64,000 nt of DNA, from positions 448,001 to 512,000 of the forward strand of contig CAWFAK010000005.1 of NCBI GenBank assembly GCA_963813715.1, written 5' to 3'. Under the pieces are notes generated by a model, which saw nothing but the letters and a program-made list of their open reading frames with translations, had not been told where the DNA came from and searched no databases. The stretch is from an uncultured Planctomycetaceae bacterium. Lineage in GTDB: Bacteria > Planctomycetota > Planctomycetia > Planctomycetales > Planctomycetaceae. The position numbers and the translations under genes are program-made. Below, piece by piece: positions 33,254-43,185 of this stretch (its first letter is position 1; each line of letters opens with the position of its first letter).

Positions 33254-35389
33254 TCAAAAATATCCGTTCAAGAGATGCAGGCTCATTTCGTCGGACGTCG
33301 CAGGGACGCCCGTTTCCACGCCCGGGTTCTGTCGCAGCACGGCGACGTAGGACCGCGGGGCAAGTCCCTTCTTGCGCGGCAGCTCAATTCGCCAGCGGCC
33401 GATGCGGCTTTCCATCAGATTTCCCGAAAAGTCCGTCATCACGCTGCCGTGCATCATGTAGGCCATCCAGGCGCGGCCGCCGCGAAACGCGCTGGGCGTC
33501 GGCTCGACAAAACCGGTCGGCAACGCGGGGGCATTGCGATTGAGCAGCGCCACGAAGTCCGCCAGGTCGTCGGTCGTGGGCTCGGCGAGCGCGACGGTCG
33601 CGCCGGCGGCGACGGACCGACCCACATAGAAGTGCCCCGACTCGTCGCTCGCGACGACCATCTCCAGTTCCCAAGGAAGCCCGTTCGAGAACTCGGCCTT
33701 GCCCGCAGTCTTCTTCAGCTCGACGCGCGATCGCTGTTCGGCGTTGCGGACGGTGAAGAACTGCGTCCGCGTGCGGGCGGGCAGCCAGCCCGACGTCAGG
33801 TTCTGAGTTTCCGACCAATCGACGTAGCCGCTCGCCGGGTCGTTGGTCGTCGGGATCACCGGATAAACGGCCGTTTCGGGAGAAAACCGCATCCCTCCCG
33901 AAGGACTGACTCCGGCGAAGAGCGCGAGGCGGGCCATTGTCACGGCTGTGTGGTTTCGCTGGTCGAGCACCGTCAGGCTGCGAATCCGCGATTTGGTCGC
34001 AAAGCCATGGGCGGCGACCGAGTAGCCGAGCAGCAGCACGCTGGTGCCGCACGCCAGCGCCGGCACCGTGAACAGCAACAGCCAGAGCATCTTTTTTCGG
34101 GACAGGTAAAGGTAGTTCACCGGCCCGATGAGAATGCTGAACAGCGTGATCAACACCAGAAAGGCGATGGTCGGAACGCCATGGATTCCCGGGTTCATGA
34201 ACTTAAAGAAGTCTTTGGTCCCGATGTGCGGCGAAAAGCCATGACGCACCGTCCAAGACGGCTCTCCACACGATTTGTCGAACCAGAGCCAGTCGTTGAT
34301 CGTGCCCGGAAAGGGATTACCCGGAAATGCGCAGACAGTACCCAACATCAGCGAGCGCGTGCGAAAGGCATCCTTGCCCCCCGGCCAGGGAGGCTCGGGT
34401 GTTTTCGTCTTCGTCGTAGCGGGCTTTGTGGACTTTGGGGCGGAAGATGTCACCGTCGGCATTCCCGGGCCGGTGGAGTAGACCACGCTTGGCGAGCCTT
34501 CCTCTGTCACCGTGATCTCGCCGCTGGGTCGGTTGGTCGGCTCAGGGTGCTGCCACGTCGTCGTCGTCGATTCGGGCGCCTCGATCAGTCGATCGAGCCG
34601 CGAGAGAACATCCGCGTCTTTGCCGACGTCATACACCAGCAGGCTGCCCCCGCTCTGCACCCATTTCAGGATGGCCGTCCGCACGGGATGCTCGAGTCGC
34701 TCCAACTCGTCCCGCGGGATCGCCAGATAGTCGAGACCGCTGTAATCGATCCACGATTCGGGCAACAGGTCCGATGGCACAACGTTGGCCAGCTGGGATG
34801 CGTCGATGGTGCCTCGTCCGTAGCCATAGCCGTAACGGGGGGTCGCGCTGGCGCCGGACTTGTGATTCGCCATATCGACAAAGCGGGCGCAGTCGACGGT
34901 CACCGGAGAAACGACGAGCATGGCCGGCGGCGAGGGACTCAGATACAACCCCGACGGCACAGAGATCGACCGTTGATGACCGTGAAGCGGACTCGACCCA
35001 TCGTAGACGTGCAAGGTTCCGTCTCGCGGTTCCACGAGCGGCACCGAGAGCGTGAAGTGCACCGTGGCATTTTGATCGACGCCGATGGCCCGCCGCACCC
35101 GCACAGAGTTTCCCTCTCCGTACGATTCGAACTCGAAGGTCAGGTCGCGGGGCTTGCCGTGATTGGTCACGCGGACGCGAATCGGCAGGTAACCCCCCTC
35201 CCCTCCTCCGGCCCAGCGCGTGTCGCTACGAATCGTCAGGTCGTCCGCGTTCGTCGTGTGCTCGTTACCCGATCCGAATGCCGGAAGCGGCCCAATGGCC
35301 GCCACCAGCACGAGCACGAGGCCCACCGCGCGCAGGAGGCTCCCGGCGGCGTGCAGGCGAAACCAAAAGTGTGGTCGCTGTGGCTTCAC
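33254..35389 (-). CDS. Hypothetical membrane protein with large extracytoplasmic domains (ABC/MoxR-associated)
   Basis: GTG start overlapping the moxR stop; signal/TM segment; GGYLPIRV; internal TM pair (FSILIGPVNY...TVPALAC). Confidence 0.75.
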   Translation of the reverse strand: MKPQRPHFWFRLHAAGSLLRAVGLVLVLVAAIGPLPAFGSGNEHTTNADDLTIRSDTRWAGGGEGGYLPIRVRVTNHGKPRDLTFEFESYGEGNSVRVRRAIGVDQNATVHFTLSVPLVEPRDGTLHVYDGSSPLHGHQRSISVPSGLYLSPSPPAMLVVSPVTVDCARFVDMANHKSGASATPRYGYGYGRGTIDASQLANVVPSDLLPESWIDYSGLDYLAIPRDELERLEHPVRTAILKWVQSGGSLLVYDVGKDADVLSRLDRLIEAPESTTTTWQHPEPTNRPSGEITVTEEGSPSVVYSTGPGMPTVTSSAPKSTKPATTKTKTPEPPWPGGKDAFRTRSLMLGTVCAFPGNPFPGTINDWLWFDKSCGEPSWTVRHGFSPHIGTKDFFKFMNPGIHGVPTIAFLVLITLFSILIGPVNYLYLSRKKMLWLLLFTVPALACGTSVLLLGYSVAAHGFATKSRIRSLTVLDQRNHTAVTMARLALFAGVSPSGGMRFSPETAVYPVIPTTNDPASGYVDWSETQNLTSGWLPARTRTQFFTVRNAEQRSRVELKKTAGKAEFSNGLPWELEMVVASDESGHFYVGRSVAAGATVALAEPTTDDLADFVALLNRNAPALPTGFVEPTPSAFRGGRAWMAYMMHGSVMTDFSGNLMESRIGRWRIELPRKKGLAPRSYVAVLRQNPGVETGVPATSDEMSLHLLNGYF

Positions 35390-36468
35390 GCCCTGAGATC
35401 CCCGGGAAGGGAGCGATCGACTTGAGGCACCGCTTCCAAGAGACGATCGATCAACCGCACGGTGGTCCAACCCTCGAGACGGGCCGCGTAATCGAGCAAC
35501 AGCCGGTGCTGCAAAACGCTGGCCGTCACGCGGCGGACGTCGTCGAAGCTGACGTTGGGACGCCCGGCCAGCAGGGCCGATCCGCGGGCCGTCTCCGCCA
35601 GCGCGATCGCCGCTCGCGGCGACGCTCCGAACCGCACGAAGCGGCGCACCTCGTCCGGAGCGGCCTCCGATTTCGGATGGCTGGCGTGTACGAGTCTCGC
35701 GATGTAGTTCGCGACGGCCGTGGGCAAATGGATCATGTCGGTCAATTCAAAGAGCCGGCCCAGCTCGGCGGCGGAGATGGCGACCGAGAGTTGCGGGGCC
35801 CGGCCGTGCTTGCGCGTCGAGATGATTTCCTCGAGCGTCGCCGACGAGACCGACTCGACGTTGATCTTGAACGTGAAGCGATCGAGCTGCGCTTCGGGCA
35901 GCGGGTAGGTTCCTTCCAGCTCGATCGGGTTCTGCGTCGCCAGGACGAAAAACGGCCGTGGCAGCGCGTGCGATTCGCCCATCACGGTTACCCGGTGCTC
36001 TTGCATCGCCTCCAGCAGGGCGGACTGCGTCTTCGGAGTGGCCCGGTTGATTTCGTCAGCCAATACCAGGTTCGCGAAGACGGGCCCACGATGAAACACG
36101 AGCTTGCGCGTCCCGCCCTGGTCTTCCAGAATGGGCGAACCGACGATGTCCCCGGGCAACAGGTCAGGTGTGAACTGGACCCGCCGAAACTCCAGCCCCA
36201 GCAACGACGCCAGCGCCTTGACGAGTTCGGTCTTGCCCAACCCGGGCAAACCCTCCAGCAGGATGTGCCCGCGGGCCAACAGGCAGATCACGACCAATTC
36301 CAGCAGCTCGCGTTGGCCGAGGATGGAAGTGCCCAAACCGTCGAGCAGGCGCTGGACTTGAGTTTGCGCTTCTTGCACTTCCGCCGGGGTCAAAAGCCGC
36401 AGTGTGCTCGCAGCGGAAGTCGCTCCGGCGGGTCGCGTCTCGTCAAGGAGTTGGCTCAAGTTCGTCAC
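35386..36468 (-). CDS. moxR: MoxR-family AAA+ ATPase
   Basis: GLPGLGKT, RVQFTPDLLPGD, DEINRATPKTQSALLEAMQE, TQNPIELEGTYPLPEAQLDRF and GASPRA. Confidence 0.95.
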   Translation of the reverse strand: MTNLSQLLDETRPAGATSAASTLRLLTPAEVQEAQTQVQRLLDGLGTSILGQRELLELVVICLLARGHILLEGLPGLGKTELVKALASLLGLEFRRVQFTPDLLPGDIVGSPILEDQGGTRKLVFHRGPVFANLVLADEINRATPKTQSALLEAMQEHRVTVMGESHALPRPFFVLATQNPIELEGTYPLPEAQLDRFTFKINVESVSSATLEEIISTRKHGRAPQLSVAISAAELGRLFELTDMIHLPTAVANYIARLVHASHPKSEAAPDEVRRFVRFGASPRAAIALAETARGSALLAGRPNVSFDDVRRVTASVLQHRLLLDYAARLEGWTTVRLIDRLLEAVPQVDRSLPGDLRA

Positions 36469-36642
36469 CGAATCCTGGTTTCGCCGGACAGATTGCTGGT
36501 TTCAGGTTGATCGCGGGTGAGGCAACGGGGCAGGCCAGTCGCGCGAGTCGAGTGCGGCCACCTTACCGCAGGGATTGACTCCCGAATCGGTCGGTCGCGC
36601 AGCGCGCAAGCGGAAAACGGGCCGAGCCTGCCATGCGAGTTC

Positions 36643-38061
36643 TCAGCGGTCGTTGCCGGTTGGGGTGCGCGTGTCGAAATAGCGGCGGACTGCGGCACGG
36701 TGCCGCGGACTCAGCGTGCGATTCCAGGTTTGGCGACCGCTCTCGGGCCCCGCGGCTCGACCGGCGGTGCGCGGGGCCGAGGAAGCCGGCTCGACCTCCG
36801 GCGCGGACGCACTTTGCGAAATGATTTCCTTGTCGGGCTGATCCGGCGTTCCGGGCGGCAATATGATCTCTTTGAACTTGGCACCGTTGGCCTCGGCCTC
36901 GTCGCCCCACGTCAGCTTGGCGGCCCCTCCGCCGCGCGTCCCGCCGCGGCCCGCTTTGCCGTCGCGATCCTCTTTGTCGGAGTCGGAATCGTCACCCTCC
37001 GAATCGTCGGGGTCGCCCTCTTTATGGCGTGACTTGGCGATTTTCTTGGACTCGTCTTTGAGGAATTTCTTGAGGTCGCTCAGCATCTTCTCGCGTTCCT
37101 TCGCGTCCTTCGGCAGGCTGAGGTGGTTGTCCTTCATCAGTTGTTGCAGTTTCTTCTGCAGCTCGGGCGACGCCTTGCTGAAGCGGCCGCTCTTCGACAG
37201 TTTGCGCAGCGATTCAGCCACTTCTTGCTCAAGCTGGTCGCGCCGCTCAGCCGACAGCGACGAGGCGTTTTGCTTCGCGTCCTCGCCCAGGCGATCGAGC
37301 GCGTCCTGCGCCTTGGAGGCAGCCATCATTGATTCCTCCGCTCGCACACGCATGGTCTCGCGGAGCGAATCGACGACTTCCCACGATTCGTGAGTGAGCG
37401 GCGTGCTCTTCGTCTCGGCTGCCAGTTTGTCGATCGCCTGCTGGAGGTTTTCCGACTCTTTCTGTTCGAGCACTTCGTTGTCGCGGAGCACTTGCAGCGT
37501 CTGCGCCAGAGACTCGGCCGCCTGCGTGCCAACGAAGTTCGTCCGCAGGCTCTCGGTTCGGGCTTCGCGGAGCGGCACGCAACAGCAGCCGACGACGAAC
37601 AGGACCGGAAGCCACAGCCGGCGCGCCGCCCGCACCGGCCGCAATCGGGGCAAGCCCGTCCGCCAATCCGGATTCTGGGCAGCCAAACATTCGGCCCACC
37701 CAGACTCGACGGCCGTGTGTCCATTAACCCCATGCCCGCCGTTTGACTGGGGGCCGGTCGTCTCGCACAGCGTCATGAGCAGGCCGTTGACACCCGTCTT
37801 CGAATCGAGAAGGGCCACCGCCTGCGAGCGAGAAAAGCCCCGCCGCCGGCTCGTCCACCATGCCCACGCCAAAAGGGGCAGAACCAACGCGGCCAGGCAC
37901 AGCACACCGGGCCACAGACCCGGGCGGGCGAGCTTCACCAGCAAGACCGAGCTGCCCAGAATGAGCAGAAACAGAGCCATCGCGTCGGTGAAGGCCGTCA
38001 AAAAGACCCCCAGCGACAAGCGTCTCCGCTGCCGAGCAATCCACTGTTCAAACTGGTTCAC
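36643..38061 (-). CDS. Hypothetical membrane-anchored coiled-coil protein, first gene of the MoxR operon
   Basis: Three N-terminal TM segments, a helical K/E/Q-rich region and a C-terminal VRRYF motif. Confidence 0.75.
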   Translation of the reverse strand: MNQFEQWIARQRRRLSLGVFLTAFTDAMALFLLILGSSVLLVKLARPGLWPGVLCLAALVLPLLAWAWWTSRRRGFSRSQAVALLDSKTGVNGLLMTLCETTGPQSNGGHGVNGHTAVESGWAECLAAQNPDWRTGLPRLRPVRAARRLWLPVLFVVGCCCVPLREARTESLRTNFVGTQAAESLAQTLQVLRDNEVLEQKESENLQQAIDKLAAETKSTPLTHESWEVVDSLRETMRVRAEESMMAASKAQDALDRLGEDAKQNASSLSAERRDQLEQEVAESLRKLSKSGRFSKASPELQKKLQQLMKDNHLSLPKDAKEREKMLSDLKKFLKDESKKIAKSRHKEGDPDDSEGDDSDSDKEDRDGKAGRGGTRGGGAAKLTWGDEAEANGAKFKEIILPPGTPDQPDKEIISQSASAPEVEPASSAPRTAGRAAGPESGRQTWNRTLSPRHRAAVRRYFDTRTPTGNDR

Positions 38062-38558
38062 GGGCGCCTCCGGCCTGGGACGACGGATCGCGGCGTTGGG
38101 GCAGAGACTTGCGGGTAGACTCGACGATAAAATCCTGGCAGGGCTCTTCCTAAAGAGTTGGCGCAGGTTTTTCGAGAATATCACACTCAACGTCGCTTGG
38201 CGCTACCCGGATCAAGGAATGGGCTACTCACAACGCCCCGTCGGCCAATCTCTAGACGGCGGTTACACTTGGCGAATTCCCGTCTCTTCGCCGCCCTAAT
38301 CGTTGGCTTCGCGGCGGGAACGTTCGCTGGGCTCTCGTCTGGGGACAATTCTTAGGACACGGCATCCAGGGCAATTCGTCTAGCGTACGACGTCGGTTTC
38401 CAGTTGCCGAAAGCACCACCGTTCGCCGATTCAAGGCTTTGAGATGAACCGCGGGCGTCGGGAAATCGTCTGACTGGAATGGGAGCGGGTGACGCCGCTC
38501 GGCGTCGGCGTGACTCCCCTCTGGGACGGGGGTGAACGCGGGCGGCAGCACGATCATC

Positions 38559-38647
38559 GGCCGCGAGCATCCGGTGCAGAGGCCCTGTCGAACTCGTTCG
38601 CGTTCGGCGGTAACAATGCGTGTATCCTGGGTGGGAAAGTCAGCCTG
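38559..38647 (+). pseudogene. 3'-terminal fragment of a beta-ketoacyl-ACP synthase (FabF/FabB-like)
   Basis: Translates as GREHPVQ|ALSNSFAFGGNNACIL.GKV, the KAS C-terminal motif. No upstream KAS sequence is visible. Confidence 0.6.
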
Positions 38648-38775
38648 AGCCGACTTGGCGGTCCGCAAACGCCCCCCAGGAGTCCGGAAATTACCCAATC
38701 GCCGGTGGTTTGGTTCAGCTTGCAAATCGTCGCATGGGTCCTGATACTTTCGGAGCGACTTCGGTCGCGCCATTT

Positions 38776-38849
38776 GGCGGAGTAGCTCAGTCGGTTAGAG
38801 CAGCGGATCCATAATCCGCGTGTCGGGGGTTCAAATCCCTCCTCCGCTA
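38776..38849 (+). tRNA. tRNA-Met (CAT), elongator type; CCA not encoded
   Basis: Acceptor stem GGCGGAG/CTCCGCT, D-arm GCTC..GAGC, anticodon arm GCGGA-TCCATAA-TCCGC, T-arm GGGGG-TTCAAAT-CCCTC. Confidence 0.92.
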
Positions 38850-38871
38850 CTCGACGACACGCATAGCAAAC

Positions 38872-39627
38872 TCAGCCCAGTAACGGCCATCGCCCCCCAT
38901 CGGAGAGGTAGCGTCGCATCCGGTCGCATTCCACTGCGACGCCATGGGTCAGCGGCTTCCTGTGTCCGGGGCACAACACTTGAATGTCGAGCGCTAGGCA
39001 GCGTTCCATCGACCGTCGCGCCGTCGGCACGTCCAATGTCACGGGGCGCACCATGAACCGCACCCGGCCACCAATGACCGCCAGCGCATCCCCTGCAAAG
39101 AGAACTCGCTCCGGCCGATAGTAAAAGCTGGCGTGGCCGGGTGTATGACCGGGCGTTTCAACGACCTCGAAGCCGCCAGCGACAATTTGCCCGTCTTTGA
39201 GGTAATCCGCCGCCTGGACCGCCTCAGGGACCGCTTCACCCAACAAGCCGATCAGCAGCACGCCCACTCCCCATTCCGGGACGCGTTTTGCGATCCAACC
39301 CCGGAGCCCGCCCCGGGCGGCCGCTCGCGACAGCCACGGCCGCTCGTCGGCGTGGTAATAAACGGAACAACCTGATCGCCTCTGGATGGCCCTCGCGCCC
39401 GCGGCGTGGTCGTTGTGCCAGTGAGTCAGCAAAACGGCTTTAACAGACTTCTCCGTCTGTCCCATCGCGGCGAGGAGCGCTTGGATGTCCGCACCGGTCG
39501 AGTCCATGCCCGCATCGATGAGTACGACTCCGTCTCGCGTCGTCACGGCGTATGAACACGTCAAGTACGACGGCCGACGAACGCACCAAACGGAATTGGT
39601 TACTTGAAAGACGTGCCGCGCAAACAC
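38872..39627 (-). CDS. MBL-fold metallo-hydrolase (start uncertain)
   Basis: LIDAG, THWHNDH, TPGHTPGH, FAGDA and PGH motifs. Confidence 0.9.
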   Translation of the reverse strand: MFARHVFQVTNSVWCVRRPSYLTCSYAVTTRDGVVLIDAGMDSTGADIQALLAAMGQTEKSVKAVLLTHWHNDHAAGARAIQRRSGCSVYYHADERPWLSRAAARGGLRGWIAKRVPEWGVGVLLIGLLGEAVPEAVQAADYLKDGQIVAGGFEVVETPGHTPGHASFYYRPERVLFAGDALAVIGGRVRFMVRPVTLDVPTARRSMERCLALDIQVLCPGHRKPLTHGVAVECDRMRRYLSDGGRWPLLG

Positions 39628-39736
39628 CCGCCCTCAGATCGTGCGGTCCATTACTAACGATCGCGGCGAAGTCGCTCCGCCAACTGCATGTTTCTTGCGC
39701 CCGGAGACGAATCCGCAGCAGAGAAACTGATTGTGT

Positions 39737-40976
39737 CTACTCGTACCGTAGCGACTCAATCGGATCGAGCTGGCTCGCCCGGCGGGCCGGATAGAAGCCG
39801 AAAAAGATGCCGACGGCCGCGGCAAAGAGGAACGCCAGAAGGGCCGCGGTGAATGAGAACTGCTGCGTCCACTTCTGGCCGGCCGAGACGGCGTTGATGA
39901 GCGAGACGATGCCGATCGAGGCTCCCAATCCGAGCAAGAAGCCGATCATTCCGCCGACACAGGAAAGCATCAGGGCCTCGATCAGGAATTGACGGAGAAT
40001 ATCGCCGGGAGTCGCGCCGACCGCCATGCGGATGCCGATCTCGCGGGTCCTCTCGGTCACGGAAACCAGCATGATGTTCATGATGCCGACTCCCCCGACG
40101 ACGAGTGAAATCCCGGCGATACTGGCCAGCATCAGAGTCAGCGTGCCGGTCACGATGCCGAGAACGTTGGCGATTTCGGTCGTATTGACCACCTCGAAGT
40201 CGCGTTGCTGGCCGGGCTGAATGCGGTGTCGCTCATTGAGCAGCTCCTCGATTTCGTGCTGCGCTTGCGTCATCAGCGACGTCGACCGAGCCGAAGCCAG
40301 GATTGCGCTGACGTTATCGAACTCGGATCCCTCGAGTCGCTTGCGGACGGTCGTGACCGGGATGAGCACAATGCTGTCCTGGTCATCTCCAACCATGTTG
40401 GCGCCCTTCGAGGCCAGCACGCCAATCACGCGGAAGGGAATGTTCTTGATGCGGACCGTCTCCCCAATCGGATCGGTCGTCTGGAAGAGCTTGGCAATCA
40501 GCGTGTGGCCGATGACGCAGACCTTATTCGCGCTATGCACATCGCGGTCGGAAAAGAATTCGCCGTTTTCCATCGGCCAGTTGCGGACGGTTAAATAATC
40601 GGCGTTGACCCCGTGAATCTGCTTCGGGCTGTAGTTCGAGCTGCCGAAAATCACCTGCGCGGTCGTCCCGATGAGCGGGGAGGAGGCGAGCACCGACGGG
40701 CAATCTTGTGCGATCGAATCGGAGTCGCGTGCCGTGAGAGTGACTTGGGCTTGCATCACGCCGCTACGTCGGCGAACCGCGGGTTGGACGATGACGACGT
40801 TGGTCCCCAGTGCGGCAAACTGACTTTGGACCAACATGCTGGCGCTTTGGCCCACCGACACCATCGTGGTGACGGCGGCAATGCCGATCACGACGCCGAG
40901 CACGGTCAGTCCGGCTCGCATTTTGTTCTTGGCGAGCGCTGCGCACGGCGATGCGTACTGTAACGGGAGAAATCAT
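39737..40976 (-). CDS. MacB/FtsX-type ABC permease (frameshift near 40940)
   Basis: NKMRAGLTVLGVVIG, GGVGIMNIMLVSVTERTREIGIRMAVGA and YPARRAS.LDPIESLRYE. Confidence 0.92.
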
Positions 40977-40995
40977 GGTGTTTCGCGAAGGATGC

Positions 40996-42276
40996 CTACC
41001 AGGAGCTGGGCGGTGGGGGCTGAAAGCCGATCACAAGGACGTCAGCACTTTTAACGGCTCCCGATGCAACTTCCGTGTATTGACCGTCGGTCAGTCCTGT
41101 CTTCACCTCGATGGCCCGCAACAGATCTCCGTCGGTCACCCAGACGTGATGGCGCGACCGTTCCTTGCGGAGCCGCGCCCGTTCCGAGATCGAGAGGGAT
41201 TGCAGCGAGACGCCTTCATTACCGTCCTCGTCGACTTTTGTTTCCTCTTTCCCCTCCAAGATCGGGGCGTCCACCGGTCGCACCTGATTCGCAACCGGAT
41301 AGAAACGCAACGCGGCGTTCGGCACTTTGATGACGTCGGCGCGCTCGTCGACCTGAAACGAAAGACTTGCCGTCATGCCGGGAAGCAATTCGAGGTCTGG
41401 ATTCGAAGTCGTCACCACGACCGGATAGGTGACGACGTTTTGGGCCGTTGTCGAGCTGAGGCGGATCTCCAGGATGGATCCCTTGAATAACTTGTCGGGA
41501 TAAGCGTCGACCGTGAACGTCACGGGATATTTCTTCTTTTGGGCGTCCTTGATCAGGCCGATGTCCGCCTCATCGACCGAGGCGTGGACGTGAATTTCCT
41601 TGCGGATGTCGGGGGCCACGATGAACAGCTCGGGCGTCTGGAACTGGGCCGCAACGGTCTGACCCGGGTCAATTTTGCGATTGATCACAATACCGTCGAC
41701 TGGCGAGCGAATCTCGGTGTAGTTGAGGTTGGCCAGCGACGTGTCGAGCGAGGCTCGAGCCTGATCGACGGTGGCTTGGGCCACCTTGAGCTGGGCCTCT
41801 GACGTCATGCGGGAAAACTTGAATTTGTCGAAATCGGCCTGGCTGATGTACGACGTCCCTCGATTTCGCAAGGCAATGGCTCGTTTCTCGTCCTCGATCG
41901 CCTGCAGCAGCTGTGCCTGCACGCGAAAGACGTCCGATTCCTGGATGGCCAGGGTGGCCCGATCGTGGGCGACGGCTGCCTTGCAAATCTGCGGATCGAT
42001 CTTGGCGAGCAGATCCCCTTTCTTGACCTCTTGATTAAACTCGCAATAGAGTTCCTGGACTGGTCCCGACACGAAAGAGCCGACCGTGACTTCGATCTTG
42101 GGTTTGACTGTCCCCGTGGAGTTGACCACCGCGATAATATTTCCCTGTTCGACCTTGGCCGTGCGCCAGATCGGACGGTTGCGTTTGGCCCAATAATTGG
42201 CGGCCGGACGGTATGCGACAGCCCCGACGGCAGTCAGCACGCCGAGCAGGACGAGTAATCGGAGGAGCGTCTTCAT
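40996..42276 (-). CDS. Efflux RND periplasmic adaptor subunit (MacA-like)
   Basis: N-terminal TM, VGSFVSG, IRSPVDGIVI, GQTVAA, VDEADIG, NVVTY, LLPGMTA and VPNAALRF. Confidence 0.92.
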   Translation of the reverse strand: MKTLLRLLVLLGVLTAVGAVAYRPAANYWAKRNRPIWRTAKVEQGNIIAVVNSTGTVKPKIEVTVGSFVSGPVQELYCEFNQEVKKGDLLAKIDPQICKAAVAHDRATLAIQESDVFRVQAQLLQAIEDEKRAIALRNRGTSYISQADFDKFKFSRMTSEAQLKVAQATVDQARASLDTSLANLNYTEIRSPVDGIVINRKIDPGQTVAAQFQTPELFIVAPDIRKEIHVHASVDEADIGLIKDAQKKKYPVTFTVDAYPDKLFKGSILEIRLSSTTAQNVVTYPVVVTTSNPDLELLPGMTASLSFQVDERADVIKVPNAALRFYPVANQVRPVDAPILEGKEETKVDEDGNEGVSLQSLSISERARLRKERSRHHVWVTDGDLLRAIEVKTGLTDGQYTEVASGAVKSADVLVIGFQPPPPSSW

Positions 42277-42306
42277 GCGAATGAGCATTCTTTTGGAAGG
42301 CGGAAC

Positions 42307-43077
42307 GTGGCCCTAATCGAAATCCGCGATGTTTCGCGAGTGTATGATCTCGGCGAGGTCAAAGTCGAGGCCCTCATTCGGGCCTCGCTTTCGATCGAAA
42401 GCGGGGAATACGTCGCGCTCATCGGGCCTTCGGGCTCCGGCAAGAGCACGTTGATGAATACGCTGGGGTGCCTGGATCGACCCACTAGCGGTAGTTACCA
42501 GCTGGGCGGCGAAGAGGTTGCAACTATGTCGCGCCAGGAGCGGGCGCATATCCGCAACCGCCGAATTGGGTTCGTGTTCCAGAACTTCAACCTGTTGGCG
42601 CGAACGTCGGCGATCGAGAATGTCGAGTTGCCATTGCTGTACGCCAAAGGCATCTCCGCGTCGGATCGTCGTCGCCGGGCGATCGAAAAGTTGGAGCTGG
42701 TGGGCCTGGCGAATCGAATGCATCATCATCCGAACCAGCTTTCGGGGGGACAGCAACAGCGTGTGGCCATCGCCCGTGCCCTCGTGAACGAACCGGCCAT
42801 CCTGCTGGGCGACGAGCCGACCGGCAACCTCGATTCGCGGACCAGCCGCGAGGTGATCGCCCTGTTCCGGGAACTCAACGAAAAGTCGGGCATCACGATC
42901 ATTCTGGTGACTCACAACCAACGGATCGCCCGCGATGCCAAGCGAACGGTCGTCATGCGCGACGGACACATCGTTTGCGACACGACCGACTTTCGCCTGG
43001 CGGCCGAGGCATTGCGTGAGGACTTGGACGAATACGCCGCAGAGGCCTCCAGCGACGGCGTGGCGACTTCAGGCTGA
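42307..43077 (+). CDS. ABC transporter ATP-binding protein (MacB/LolD-like)
   Basis: [35 protein letters not shown] and DEPTGNLD. Confidence 0.95.
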   Translation: MALIEIRDVSRVYDLGEVKVEALIRASLSIESGEYVALIGPSGSGKSTLMNTLGCLDRPTSGSYQLGGEEVATMSRQERAHIRNRRIGFVFQNFNLLARTSAIENVELPLLYAKGISASDRRRRAIEKLELVGLANRMHHHPNQLSGGQQQRVAIARALVNEPAILLGDEPTGNLDSRTSREVIALFRELNEKSGITIILVTHNQRIARDAKRTVVMRDGHIVCDTTDFRLAAEALREDLDEYAAEASSDGVATSG

Positions 43078-43185
43078 ACGCCCGCCGAACTGCGACCTCA
43101 CTCACTTTCGACGCGACCACCCGATTCGACCTGACAGCCCAATCGACTCTCCTGTTCGCCGCTATCGCCGGCCGCCCTCGGCTCC

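Noticed and set aside
38850..43150. Genomic island integrated at tRNA-Met
   Set aside because: The cargo looks accessory, but I found no integrase and no duplicated tRNA 3' end (att site) in the window.
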